A stretch of 64,000 nucleotides of DNA from contig AP026125.1 of the NCBI GenBank assembly GCA_030295235.1, positions 558,001 to 622,000 on the forward strand, written 5' to 3'. The notes under the pieces were generated by a model. The model was not told the DNA's origin. It did no database searches and saw only the letters and a program-made list of their open reading frames with translations. The position numbers and the translations under genes were made by a program. This DNA is from Fistulifera solaris. Lineage: Eukaryota. Positions 35,527-47,338 of this stretch are shown in pieces. Within the stretch, counting starts at the first letter, position 1, and the number at the start of each line of letters is the position of its first letter.

Positions 35527-36740
35527 TCAATCCGCTTTCGACTGACTTTTGGTAGTGAGAGGCCTGGCAATTCCATCCTCACCCAGTTGCAAGCAACGAT
35601 TCGAATAAATGACTTCATCCGTCACAAATTTGGACTGCCCCGGAGAAATGACGCAAAAATCAATGCCATGTTTTTCTAGAAACATGAGATCGGCTTTCGC
35701 CGGTGCCTCGGCAATCACTTCATCCACACAGGACACGGAACACGCATTCAATATTTTGTCCGTCATGTTTTCTCCGGGAACTCCAACGTATAGCTTTGAA
35801 CCCATGGCTTTTGCCTGAATCCAAAGTCGAATCGTTTTGTGATCGAACGAAGTGACATCGCCAGTGACATAGACCACCCGACGGATCACTTTGCGACGCA
35901 CGGACTCGTAGGCCAAGGGAACTGCCAAAAATAACACCAAAACTCCCAAATAGTGCGTGAGCGGGAGAATGAACAGAGCCGTTCCCATCATTTCAAAGGT
36001 TTGTTTGGCTTTTCCGACGTGATCGGCGGTGACCGCACTGGTGGAAAAGTCAAAGCCTTCCACTTTGGGTGCAGGTAATCCCCCGGACGTGAAATAGGCA
36101 CGAAATCGAATGCATCCACTCGCTGTTTCCGCCAAAATGAGCGAAAATAGTGTAAAATACTGCAGCAACTTGATATAAGTCGAGTTGGGGACCGTGTTCA
36201 GCAACAAAATCCAGCAGGGAATCACAAACGCCTTGTCACAAACGGCATCGACGAATCCACCATAGGAACGTTGACGATGAATGGTGACCCACGAATCCAA
36301 GCAATGCGGTGATCCAGTGACTACCACTTCAAACGAGTCCTTGTCCGAGTTGGTGGGCGAGGCCGCCCGTTTTTCCGTTCTATCATCATCTGATGAAGTT
36401 TCTTTCGCCTTTTCATCATTCCAATAGCGCGCCACGACTCCATCGAAAAAATCCCCCAAATCCACCAACACCACGAGAAAAGACGGCACGACCGTGTGTC
36501 CCCACGCGAGCAACAGGAGCGTCGGTACCACCAAAATCGTGCGGGCGTACGTGATGAAATTGGCGCTACACCATGCCGGAATGCCGTGATCGTCCAAGAG
36601 TTGCCGCAACATTCGATTGATGGCGCCGTAAAACGTTTCGTGAATGGCAACAAACGGACGAATGAATGACCCGAGATACAGTTCGACGAGAACGTCGACG
36701 AAATCCACCAGAGGCGTGAAAAGTTCTTTTGCGTCGTCAT
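35527..36740 (-). CDS. CDP-alcohol phosphatidyltransferase fused to a C-terminal cytidylyltransferase-like domain (start uncertain)
   Basis: 'ANFITYAR', 'DLGDFFDGVVAR...YGGFVDAVCDK' (CDP-AP motif), then 'VVYVTGD...AKAMGSKLYVGV...CVDEVIAEAP...FLEKHGIDF' (CCT/ECT-like). Confidence 0.8.
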
Positions 36741-37336
36741 GGCAATGCTCTTCGAGGATGGCTTTCAGTGTAAGGGAAAATCTAAAAAGTAGTTGAGAGA
36801 GCAGCAAAACGAGAAGAGCCTTGTTGAATAATAAAAGGATCAATCCTCGCTCTAGAATCACCTCCAATGTTGTCGAATGATGTTTGTATCGACAAGAGCA
36901 CAACAAGAATAACAACGTGGAGATCTTGTGTGTGGACGGAGTTCTGGTCCGTTCGGTGCGCCGCAGAGTGGAGGGAGAATTTCGTTCGCCTTGTTGAAAA
37001 TCGTTGCGACATGCCACGGTACTCAACTTCGCTCCATTCCGTTCGTTATGTAACGCCCTTAAAGTAGGTGGACACCATTGTGGAAAGGAGAGTAGCAACG
37101 TAGTACTCTATCTGGTAGAGTCAAAAAGAATGAATCTCTCGACATCGACAAGAAGGAGATCATTCACCACATCACATGGTTGCAGCCATCCATCACATGA
37201 ATGAAACATAACTTCCTCCGCAGTGCGTGAAGTTGGATTGCAACAGAATTTCATTGTCAACGAGAACAAACATTAAGATTAATATTTTTCAAGAAACAAA
37301 GAAGACAAGACAAGTGAAGAATAGTAAAGAGAGACT

Positions 37337-39546
37337 ATGAAAGCACTCACCAATCTCATTGCTCACAAACGAGACAAACACGTAGATTCGTCGTCTCCGG
37401 ATGAGCTCGATATTCATATGAAGCGCAATCATACGGTAACGATATCATCGACGATGATTGCTGCCGAAGAACCTTCGGATTCCTGTATAAGTTGGGACTG
37501 GCGTGCGGATGCGAGTCGATCGCCCCCTTGCAAGACGAAGCACGAACGAATTTGGAGTCGCCTCCTTTTCCACCAAGAAGAAAGATTATTACGCTGGTTC
37601 GGCAGAAATTGCGACCGAAACATCCTTGACAGTCACAAGGTTGGAACCGGTAAGTATTCCGTTGCATCAAGAACATTCTGTGCTTTGTTCAACTCACACA
37701 ATCTGACACCTTTCACCGTCTTTAGAGGAGAAAACTCACGAAAGATTCGACCCGCCTGGTGATTGCCTTGGTCGGCCTGCCCGCCCGCGGAAAATCCTTT
37801 GTCGCCCGGAAATTAGAAGCGCATTTGCAGTGGAGTGGGGCGCAGTGTAAAATATTCAATGTCGGAAAGTACCGCCGCAAGGCGTACGGAGAAAACCATT
37901 CAAAAAGAACAGCGGTTCATCACGGAGCGTGACCAGAAAGGGGCGTGCAACGCCGATTTTTTCGATCCCGGCAACAAACAGGCGGCGGATTTGCGGCAGC
38001 AAGTCGCGGAAATGGCACTGCGAGATATGTTGCGGTGGTTGGATTGTGAGGACGAAACCGACTACGACGATGATGCCTCGTGTCAGGGAGAGTATCATCG
38101 TCAAAATACGGGCTGTTCCTACGGAACCACCCGCGCGTACGTCGAACACGGTAGGATTGCTATTTTCGATGCCACCAATTCCACCGATAAGCGTAGACAG
38201 TGGATTCTGGAAGAATGTACCTCTCCGGAAAAGAGAGTAGGGAAGCAAACGGGAGTTGTTTTTGTCGAGTCGGTGTGCGATGATCAGGAGTTGTTGGATG
38301 AAAATTTTAGGTACAAGGTTGCCAACAGTCCCGATTTTGAGGGCATGTCGGCGGAGGAAGCGCTGGCTGATTTGAAAAATCGCGTGGCAAAGTACGAGTC
38401 CAGTTACGAAACGATTCAGGACGATTCGCTCTCGTATATCAAAGTGTTTAATCTTTCGACAAAACTCTTGGTGAATCATATTTATGGACGTATGGCGAAA
38501 GACTTGGTCCCTGCCTTGATGGCTTGGCACATTGGTACAAGACCTGTGTATCTTTGCCGTCCCGGACAGACCATGTCTGGCATTGTGACCGACGGTGAAG
38601 ACTATGTAGCAACGAACTCCATCGACCCCTCCGATCCCCGGTTTCTGGACATGTCAACCAAAACGAGACGTAGAAGTATGCGCGGGGATAGTCTCGGGCC
38701 GAATGGGACCAAGTTTCGTGAGAGGCTTTTTGATTTTTGTTATCAAGAAGTTCGCGAGTTTGTTGCCAAACGCGCCAGCGTCCGAGATAATGTGTTCACG
38801 GGCACGTCAATCTCCGGTTTGGCAATTTCTTCCGCACCGAGCGCGGATGGGACGTACTCCCGAAACGATCCATTCCCATTGAAACTCATTACAAGTACGA
38901 TGCCTCGAGCAGTCGATACAGTTCGATGGGATGACAACGAGTTCAGCATCACTCAGATGTCGAACTTGAATCCACTGGACAAGGGTGATTTTGTAGGAAA
39001 AGAGATTGACGAGTGGAAGAGCTTCGATCCTGCGTGGTTTGCCAAGCTGGAACGAGATCCTTTCGGAACACGGTGCGTGTCTGACTTCGTATTGATTTTC
39101 TTCACCCATCCCTTGGCTCACATTATTTTATCAACTCTTAGATTTCCGGGGGCGAAAGCTACCATGACTTGATACGCAGGTTAACTCCTGTTATCATTGA
39201 TGTTGAGCAACAGGTTGTTCCGACCCTTGTCGTTAGCCACGTCAGTATCTTGCAATGTCTTATGGCATATTTTCGCAACTCTCCGGTGGACAAATGCATG
39301 TCGATTGAGGTTCCACTTCACGCGGTGATAAAGTACACACCAGTTCGTGGCGGCGGATGGAGCGAGACCATCATTTCCTTACATGACGATACGGAAACGA
39401 TGCCTCTCGTGCCAGTGCTGTCGACGGGGGAGTTGAGTGCGATGAGTGGTTCGGAGCACGGTCCTATCTGGAGCGACCATTTGACGGCGAATCCGTGTGC
39501 ATCCCCGTCTCCGAAACCTACAAAACCAATCCGTTTTGTCACGTAA
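37337..39546 (+). CDS. 6-phosphofructo-2-kinase/fructose-2,6-bisphosphatase family protein; introns ~37650-37726 and ~39073-39141, apparent indels ~37500 and ~37905
   Basis: DNA encodes 'VIALVGLPARGKSFVARKL..HLQWSG..CKIFNVGKYRR', 'IAIFDATNST', 'FVESVCDD', 'RFPGGESYHDL..RLTPVIIDVEQ', 'VVSHVSILQCLMAYF'. Confidence 0.9.
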
Positions 39547-39694
39547 TAGGTATGGGTGAGCTAGCGTAATTGAACAATATACTTGTAATCAACATTTACT
39601 ATGTATTTCTTAAAGAACATTTTACATTTGGGCCGAACAAGGATGACACTCAACTCGTGGGAAATATCACCAGATACTTTTACAAGCTTATAGC

Positions 39695-40652
39695 TCAAAT
39701 GGACACAATGTGATCTTCTTCCATGACCTTTGCTTCTTTACTTTCCATATCGGACTCGTTCTTTACTTTAGAAGCATCTTCGTGTAGACTCTGGTCCAGG
39801 TGCGAAGCTGACGTCTGGCTATCCCCTCCCACGGAGCTCTGCAATGTTGATAAAAAGTGAAGAACGATCAGATACGGATACAAGTGGAGATGCAATAACA
39901 AGACACGATCCACTTACCTTATCGCCGTCTTTCTTCTGGCGTGCGTTCGCGGCGCGCTCTCGGCGTTTGCGATTCTTGATCTCCAGCTCGGCGGGGCTGA
40001 GTTTTTGATACCGTTCCCTTTCGAGTTTCGCGCGCCGGGCGTTTCGCTCTTTGGCATCGTCCGTCGTGAGAGAATGGTAGCGGTTGCGTTCTCGCTCCCG
40101 GCGCTTCTGGCGACTGTTTTCGGACTGACGATGATACTGCTCGCGTCTCTTCGAGTTGTATGCACGACGCTGCTCGGGGGTCATGGTAGCATAGCGCTGA
40201 CGGTCTTTCAATCTTCGAGCGGCCAGCTGCTCTTCGTGTGACAAAGAGCCTTTCTTTTTGGGTGGGCCAGGCTTCACTTCGTCCTCAACCGTCTTCTCGC
40301 GATAGCGTTTTCGGCGCTGCTCATTTTTCTTCTGTTGCGCTGCTTCTTCGGCGGCGGCAACCGCCTTATCGGAGTCTTCCACAGCCTCAACGGCCAACGC
40401 AGCGGCAAGAGCAGCTGCGTCATCGACCGCAGATGCTGCCTCCACAGCGGCAGCTGCCGCTTGCGCGATTAACATAGAAGTCGTGTCATCGGCTTTCGAT
40501 TTCTCGTCCTCTGCATCCTTGACATCGTCCAGGTGATCAACCTTGACATCGTCCAGGTGATCAACCTTGACATCATCATCGTGATGCTCTTCGTTCGTAA
40601 CGGGTACCGCGTCTTCCGCATCGGCGCTGTGAGAATGGTTTTCGTCGACCAT
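39695..40652 (-). CDS. Low-complexity protein with Ala-rich and R/E-rich basic repeats (possible nucleic-acid binder); intron ~39839-39917
   Basis: 277-aa ORF with repeated 'R.R..R.RY' units. A GT..AG intron joins it to the 39695 frame. Confidence 0.7.
40517..40574. repeat. 24-bp coding tandem repeat (2.4 copies; DDVKVDHL)
   Basis: CCTTGACATCGTCCAGGTGATCAA x2 plus a partial copy. Confidence 0.9.
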
Positions 40653-41327
40653 GATGGATGTTGGTCTTGACGTCTGTTCTTGGATGTGATGGGTCTGTCG
40701 AGGTCAGCCGTCTGTTAGCTTGTCTCGTTCGCTTGTTGACGTTATGTTGCGATGCAAGACCGCAAGACGGTCGGTTTTTGGGCCGGTCTGTTGTGTGCAT
40801 GGTGCGTGTGGTTTCGTTCGTTCGTTTCGTTTTTGAAATTTCCTTCGGATGGAACTTTCTCTGTAGGTTTTGTACTAAAGCCTACGGACATCCGGGCGAG
40901 ATAGATTTATTTAGCTACACACGACTACACAATGAACCATACTTTGTTTAATAATCGTAGAAAGATTACTGGACCTACGTAAGATGTGGATCTGAGTACA
41001 TTAGCTACTGGATCGAACGCGTACATTGTGTCCTATACTCATTCCAGTCTATACGGAAACAGTTAGTTACGGGGCAGACATACGACAAAACGTTATTTAC
41101 AAAACCACCTCACCGCTTACCGGTACCGAGTCGTAACCTGGATCAACCTTACAAGTACTTGTAGATGCCGGGGCCGGGTAGCTCTTTGATGCCGGTTTGA
41201 ATTTATTCTAAGGTTAACTTACATTCAACCAACTTTTACTAATTTCCAGAACCGACACATCATCACTCTTCGCGAAGCTTATAGTGAACTCATCCAAGTA
41301 GCTGACAATACCCAAATCCGTGACATG

Positions 41328-41885
41328 CTATAAGCTTTTGTGACGGTACCGTGCCTCTTTCAGCTGCTCAATGGATCTTTGTATAGAAAACGAGTCATTC
41401 CGAAGCCATAGAGCAGCCAATGTGGTTAGAAAGTTCCCCAGCAACAGTCCTTGATGGTACGTTACTGTAATTGAGGAGATTTCGTCTTCCCCTTGAATAA
41501 TCCTTCGAGCATGAAACAGAATCGAAGATCCCAATAATAAGCTTATCATCCAGGGAAGAACAAGTATCCACCGAAGTCGAGTTGTAGGAGTCGACGGCAA
41601 TGCCACACCGGGAGTCAACACATGCAAAGTTGCCGTCACTAGCACGTGAATCCAACGAAAGAGTCTTCCCGATGGAACCAAAGCGCCGCGCAGTTCCAAG
41701 AAAAGAAGCACACAAATAGAAAGTATAGCTGATCCTATACAAAGACCACGGAAGGCTTGATGGATCTCTCGTTGTTGCTTGTCCATTTCTTGCGCGAAGC
41801 GATGGATCATCTGGTCTTGATCGTCGGAGTCTAAGAGTTCCACCGCCTCGCTCCGTTGCGAATCTTGATTATTTCGTCTTCTCAT
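41328..41885 (-). CDS. Small multi-TM membrane protein, unknown function
   Basis: 185-aa ATG ORF with ~4 hydrophobic helices, 'LLDSDDQDQMI' N-part and 'L..ARYRHKSL' C-terminus. Confidence 0.7.
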   Translation of the reverse strand: MRRRNNQDSQRSEAVELLDSDDQDQMIHRFAQEMDKQQREIHQAFRGLCIGSAILSICVLLFLELRGALVPSGRLFRWIHVLVTATLHVLTPGVALPSTPTTRLRWILVLPWMISLLLGSSILFHARRIIQGEDEISSITVTYHQGLLLGNFLTTLAALWLRNDSFSIQRSIEQLKEARYRHKSL

Positions 41886-42195
41886 ATTCTTCTTCGGTAC
41901 AGCGAATTGTTCATTGATTTATTGTTGTTATAATGAATATCCTTGTCGATCAAACAAAAAGAATGGGCTAGTATTGCCGTTTGGCGTTTGCTTCTTTGCG
42001 CCCGTTTTTGCTTTCTGTCGTCGTTTTGCGTCGCGTTTCTCGTCCGCTGAGTAACGGTCCGACGCGCGAACAGTATTCCGCGGTGCGCGGTTCGTCGCGT
42101 TTTTCAAAAACTCTTCTCAACGTGACCTGCTATTATTGTTGCCCTTGTCATTCTACTTCCAACAGTAGCTTTTAAACTCGATTAACGAAGCAAAA

Positions 42196-43574
42196 ATGAC
42201 ATCGATGAAGCCACCGAATCGATGGGATGTTGCGGGATTTCCGGTATTCGCGCTGTCGTGGTTTGGCGATCCGGAGGACGGCACGTCCATTGTGGCCTGC
42301 AGTGGCGGTGGAGGCAGCGCCAAGACGGGGGTCAAGAACTACATTGCGGTAACGATCAATGCCGATCCGGAAGCGCGTCAAATTAGTACCAGAACCAATG
42401 TGAGTGAAGAGAAACTTGTGTTTTCTGGACGCGGAAGCGAAATTCTGACCTTGTCTTCTAGCTCGGCACGAAATTGCACATTTACAAAAGTCAACAAACA
42501 CAACAGTTATGGCTCCTTGCGGCAGTAGCACTGGAGAAAAGCGACATGGGAGGCGAAATTCATCGCTACAGTCTCCCCGATTGTCACCTGGATTGCTCTA
42601 TGAAGTTAGAGACCCCCGTGAGTGCATTGGCGGTCAGTCCGATGACGGACGTGATGGCGGTTGGTTGTGAAAATGGTACCGTGGCGGCCTTTGCATTGTC
42701 CGACGAAGGGTTTGGTGAACAGCTGTACACCTGTCAAAAACATACAGAGGAAGTGTGTTGCCTCACATTCGCCGTTCGAGGATCGAAGTTACTCTCTAGT
42801 GCGAAAGATGGAACGTGTCTTGTCTGGGATGACAAAAATGGATCTTTGTTAAGCGAGGTCACATGCGAGATTCCAGCGGAAGATCCTGCTTTGAATAAAA
42901 ACAACAATAAGAGCAAAAGAAAACCGAGGGCGAAGGGCAACGTGATTGTCAGAGGCTGCGCATTTGGAGATCTCGAAGGAAATATCTTTTATTCTGTCGC
43001 ATCGTACCGAATGGGAAGCTCCTATCTGTACAGATGGTTCGCGGATCGAAACAACCCATCACAGTATCAATTGCATGATCGAGTGGCTTGTACACAGTCA
43101 CCAGTATCGGCCATGTCCTTATCACAGGATGGTGGACTGCTTGTGATGGGAACAACGGAAAGCTCGGTGACGCTTTGGGGAACGGCCGAGTGGCGGCCGC
43201 TCAAAATCTTCCGCGACGTTCACGGATTTCTCCCTACCTGTGCGGCTGCCAGACCTTATCCCGTCGCTCTTCAAGGAGAAGAAGATGGAGTACAAGTTCA
43301 TGCCCGAACCGGATCAGGGGATGGCACCATTGCTTGTATGACTCTGCAAAAGTCAGCTCCAGGTGCGATATCGAAAGGGTCGTCGGGGGGATATTCATTC
43401 ATGTTATTTATGCACCGGCTACTTGTGGCGCTGATACTTGGCTGTATCTTTTCGCCAGTTGTGAAAGAAGCTCATACCCGATGCCGTACCTCTGAGACCA
43501 TGGTAACATGTCTATTGCAAGAAGGTTTCTATATCCCGAGTTCAAAGCTTGTCATCGAGACAAGGCCTTACTAG
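42196..43574 (+). CDS. SEC12: SEC12/PREB-like WD40 Sar1 GEF; intron 42400-42461
   Basis: K-loop 'GGGGSAKTGVKN', WD40 repeats and a C-terminal TM helix. The intron restores the frame. Confidence 0.85.
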
Positions 43575-43741
43575 GTACAAGTTTTTACGTGAAAGAAATA
43601 ATGAAAACGCTAAAAGGCTTACAGTGGTATTATCATTACAGTAGCTTTGCCCGGCGTAACTACGGAAGAAAGGTGTTTTCTCGTATTATCTGTACAGTGT
43701 GGGTGGACCAAGAAATCTGCCAAACTTCGTTGCGTGAACTT

Positions 43742-45035
43742 TTAAGATGATTCTTGCCCTGATGCCGCAAAAGCTCGAACGGTCCTTATGAATCCAACCA
43801 AGGCCTCGGCATCTTCTGCCGTTCGCAAGCGCTTATCGGCTGGCTCGGTATCGGATCCGCTCGTCGCTGTGGCCTGATCGTCGGATTGGTCGGAAAGCAC
43901 GCCTAGGCCGGCTGTCTTCTCGTGTATTTCGGGGCCTTCGTGAATGAGCCGTTGAACTTCTTTCATTTTATTCTCCAGGCTCCTCGATGCGTCGTCGCTA
44001 GAGGGGGCTTCACTGGTTGGGTCTTCAAGCAGTGACTGTGCTCTATCTAGCCAGGCTGCAGTTTGAACAACTGCAGTTTTCTTTGAATATAAGTGGCCGT
44101 CTTGTGGTTGTACTCCGGCGACAGCGGCAGTTGTCGCGGCTAACTTCTTGGCTGAATCACGTTGTTGTGATTCGAGTCGTCTATGCCATCGTTTCTCGAG
44201 ATGTAATAGTTCAGCCTGTAGGGAAAAATCAGTTAGGCTCAGTGTAAACGCGTAATGGAGATACTAGTATAAAGAGAGAATCCACAATACTTACTTGAGC
44301 TTTGTCGATGGTAGACACATTGTTTGGACTTCGGACTGCAGGATGAAATACGCGCTTACCAATACACGCGTCGCCAGTAAACTTTTTAGTTATCCTCATA
44401 GGGTCACACTGAAGTTTCTCGGAGAGATAAGTGCGCAAAGTTGTACCAGCGGGTGCATCAAGAAATCCTGAGTTGAAGTCTTGTATAACCCTTGCAACAT
44501 AAGCTTCCTCTTCAGCGGTCCATTTACCGCGCCTTAGTCTCCCATTCCTCTCTGAACCTAACAACTTTGATGCATCCGTATCAGAAATCGAAGTCACAAC
44601 AATCTGCGAAGGAATGAGGGCGGCAGCACTGTCGTCGGAACCATTCGACCTTGGCGACGTATCTTCTTCGGTTTTCTTCGCTCTCAATTTTCCCTCGGAA
44701 AACTCGTGCGCATTTGAGGGTTCTGTCATCTTGATATGCTGTTCTGGAGGCGCAAATTTCCCTGAAACACCTGCAGTCTCCTTTTCTAGTTTCGTATCGG
44801 CATCCTCATTTTTCAAAGCATTAACTTCAAGCAAAGCGGCCGGTAAAGTCGATGCTTCTTTGCCATGCACCTCATCTTTGTTGCTGCTACTCGTAACAAC
44901 ATTATCGGCGTCTGATACTGAGCGCTGAGCTTTCGCGTCGGGAGTTTGATTGTCCTGCTCAGTGGAGGGAACGCCTTCCAGCTTGGGCGACCCTTTTTCT
45001 GTCATTTTTAGCATCCCCGACAGAGAAGACTGCAC
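43742..45035 (-). CDS. Stramenopile Myb-like putative DNA-binding protein; intron ~44220-44295
   Basis: 'LRRGKWTAEEEAYVARVIQDFNSGFL....GTTLRTYLSEKLQCDPMRITKKFTG', followed by a coiled-coil exon and an 'EDAEALVGF' tail. Confidence 0.7.
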
Positions 45036-45497
45036 CTCTCTCCTTGCCCTATTTGGAGTCGATTTCCAACAAAACTTGACACTCCGTAGGCTCCACTGTA
45101 TGCAAGGCCCTCTTCAAATTACTCCATTGACTTGAAAAAGATACTTTATGTTGCAAGTTCATCGAAAAGAGAGGAGCAGATGGCCGGCCAGGATCAAGGA
45201 GATGATGGGAACTTTTTCCAATGGAGATTCGAGATACCGACTTCAACCTCCCAAACCTTCAAGCTGTCCAATTGGCTGTTGTATTATCCCAAGAGTACTT
45301 ACCGCGAACAGGTTGAATCGTGAACTTGATTACCGGTAAGAATCGATGAACTGTAGGAGAAACACAAGCTTCAATGAAGACAGCCAATGAGAATTCACCA
45401 CCAATTGCCCAAGCTTCCGACTATGAACGAAACTGTAGAACGGTTACTTTCTCTTTCGCGGTTTTTTTCTTTTGGTTGCGAGCTTGGTTGCGAGTGC

Positions 45498-45516
45498 GGG
45501 GGGGGGGGGGGGGGGG
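45498..45516 (+). repeat. Poly-G tract (19 G)
   Basis: Direct read of the sequence. Confidence 0.9.
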
Positions 45517-46181
45517 AAGCGCGGAACAAATGGGAAAATCAGCTGCTATTTTAATGCTGAAACTTCACTTACAAAACCGTCGACAACAATTGAAATGATG
45601 ATGCTGTGACTCCGGATTTTTTGTTGGCCTTGAACAAAGACGGACGACACAGAGTGGCACGATCGATTGACATTACCCTCGCGCCATTTTTAATGGAATT
45701 TCTTTCAACTCCGCCTCGATGAATCACGAATGACTTCTTTGCAATCACGAGTTCCATTGCTTTCCACTTTCTCTAGCATCGATTAGCTTATAGTACAAAA
45801 CATGTTTGATGTTTCGGAGCTAAGTTCACCATCGATGTGTCTCACAGTTTGATATATAGTAACTTTATCATATTGATAATTTTAGTACCGTTTGAAGTGA
45901 GTATATGCTCTGATAACGGTTGCGTGATTGATTTTAACGGTAATCGCTAATTGACTTCCGTGGTCCAAACGTCTCACAAGGTTATTTGCACGAGCAACGT
46001 CATTGGGGTACTTTTTGTATCGAAGTGCTCGCTCCTCGCTTTTGCTGTGTTGTCCGTTGCACGGCGCTCGAGCGAGGCATCGCAACAAAACCACAAACCA
46101 CCACGTTGTGTGCTGCAATTGGCTGTTGTTAACGATTGAAAGGCAGCACATCGTTTTGTTTATACCAAATTTAATTGAAAT

Positions 46182-46838
46182 ATGGATAATCCGTCAGCGT
46201 TTGACACCTGTCCAACCATTGCGCCCTTCCTGGGTTACGCGGGTGTGGCTTTATCGATTATTCTCGCGAGTGAGTGACCTACGATGTCCACAAGAACGAA
46301 TACTATATCGTTTGCTGACTGTGTTCTCTTTTCTATCATAGACACTGGGGCTGCAATGGGAACAGCTAGAGCAGGAGTGGGTATCATGCAAAGCGGAATA
46401 AAGAGCCCTGACCTTGTTTGGAGGAACTTAATTCCAATTGTCATGGCCGGTGTAAATGGTATTTATGGTTTGATCACCAGCATCGTTGTTCTTGGGTCGA
46501 TCGCTATGCCTGCTATGGGAGGAAATAACCGTTATTCACTGTATACTGGTTGTGCGCATCTCGCTGCAGGGCTTTGTTGCGGTTTAAGTGGCCTCGGTTC
46601 CGGCGCCTGCATCGGTATTGCTGGTGATGCCGCCATTATGGCTTGCGGATCGTACGATGTCGAATCAAAAAGATCGATTGGAAGACGCCGAGGCGACGGA
46701 AAGAAGAAATCTGGTGGCGGAGAAAAGTTATTTGTTGCAATGGTGTTGGTACAAGTTTTTGCTGGCAATATCGCTCTATACGGCTTGATTGCATCAATCA
46801 TTCTTAGTCAACAAATATTTTATTGCGGGGGTGAATAA
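46182..46838 (+). CDS. V-type ATPase proteolipid subunit c-like (divergent); intron 46270-46341
   Basis: Spliced 'MDNPSAFDTCPTIAPFLGYAG...NTGAAMGTARAG...NLIPIVMAGVNGIYGLI...HLAAGLCCGLSGLGSGACIGIAGDA...LYGLIASIIL'. Confidence 0.9.
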
Positions 46839-47084
46839 ACAATACAAAGTATACAGGCAAAGTAATTTCAACTTCGTCAATTCTACAAGAATAAGTTACC
46901 ATATAAACTCCATGAACACACTTCAGTCTCGAGGCATTGTCAAATTTTTATTTAAAGCTTTATATTATATCGTTGAACCAAGATCGCAAGAGGCCAATTG
47001 TTTCTGGTTACCAGCAGTTTCTGCAATGAGCTATGTGGTCCATAGAGCCATGATGATTGGCGTCGTCGACACAACTTGATCAAG

Positions 47085-47338
47085 GAGTTCAGTCGTGACT
47101 CGTGACACGACGGCGAAAAATATAATGATAACCAGATTACCAACTAAGAAGTATAATTCAAAGATTTCGTCGCGATTAAGGATTCGTGCCTAGACTAGCT
47201 ACTTTAACAAATAACTAAGATGAATTGCATTGTTTTCTACGATATTTTTGCGTCAAAATGCTGGCTGATTGTTGTCTGCTGAAAATATACTATAACAAAA
47301 AGTGTACCGCAATTTACCGTGACTGAATTTCAGTCACG
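47085..47338 (+). repeat. Divergent third pair of the palindromic module (partial copy ~47088, perfect palindrome 47318-47338)
   Basis: TTCAGTCGTGACTCGTGA at 47088 resembles left copies. CGTGACTGAA-T-TTCAGTCACG at 47318 is preceded by ACTATAACAAAAAGTGTA. Confidence 0.55.
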
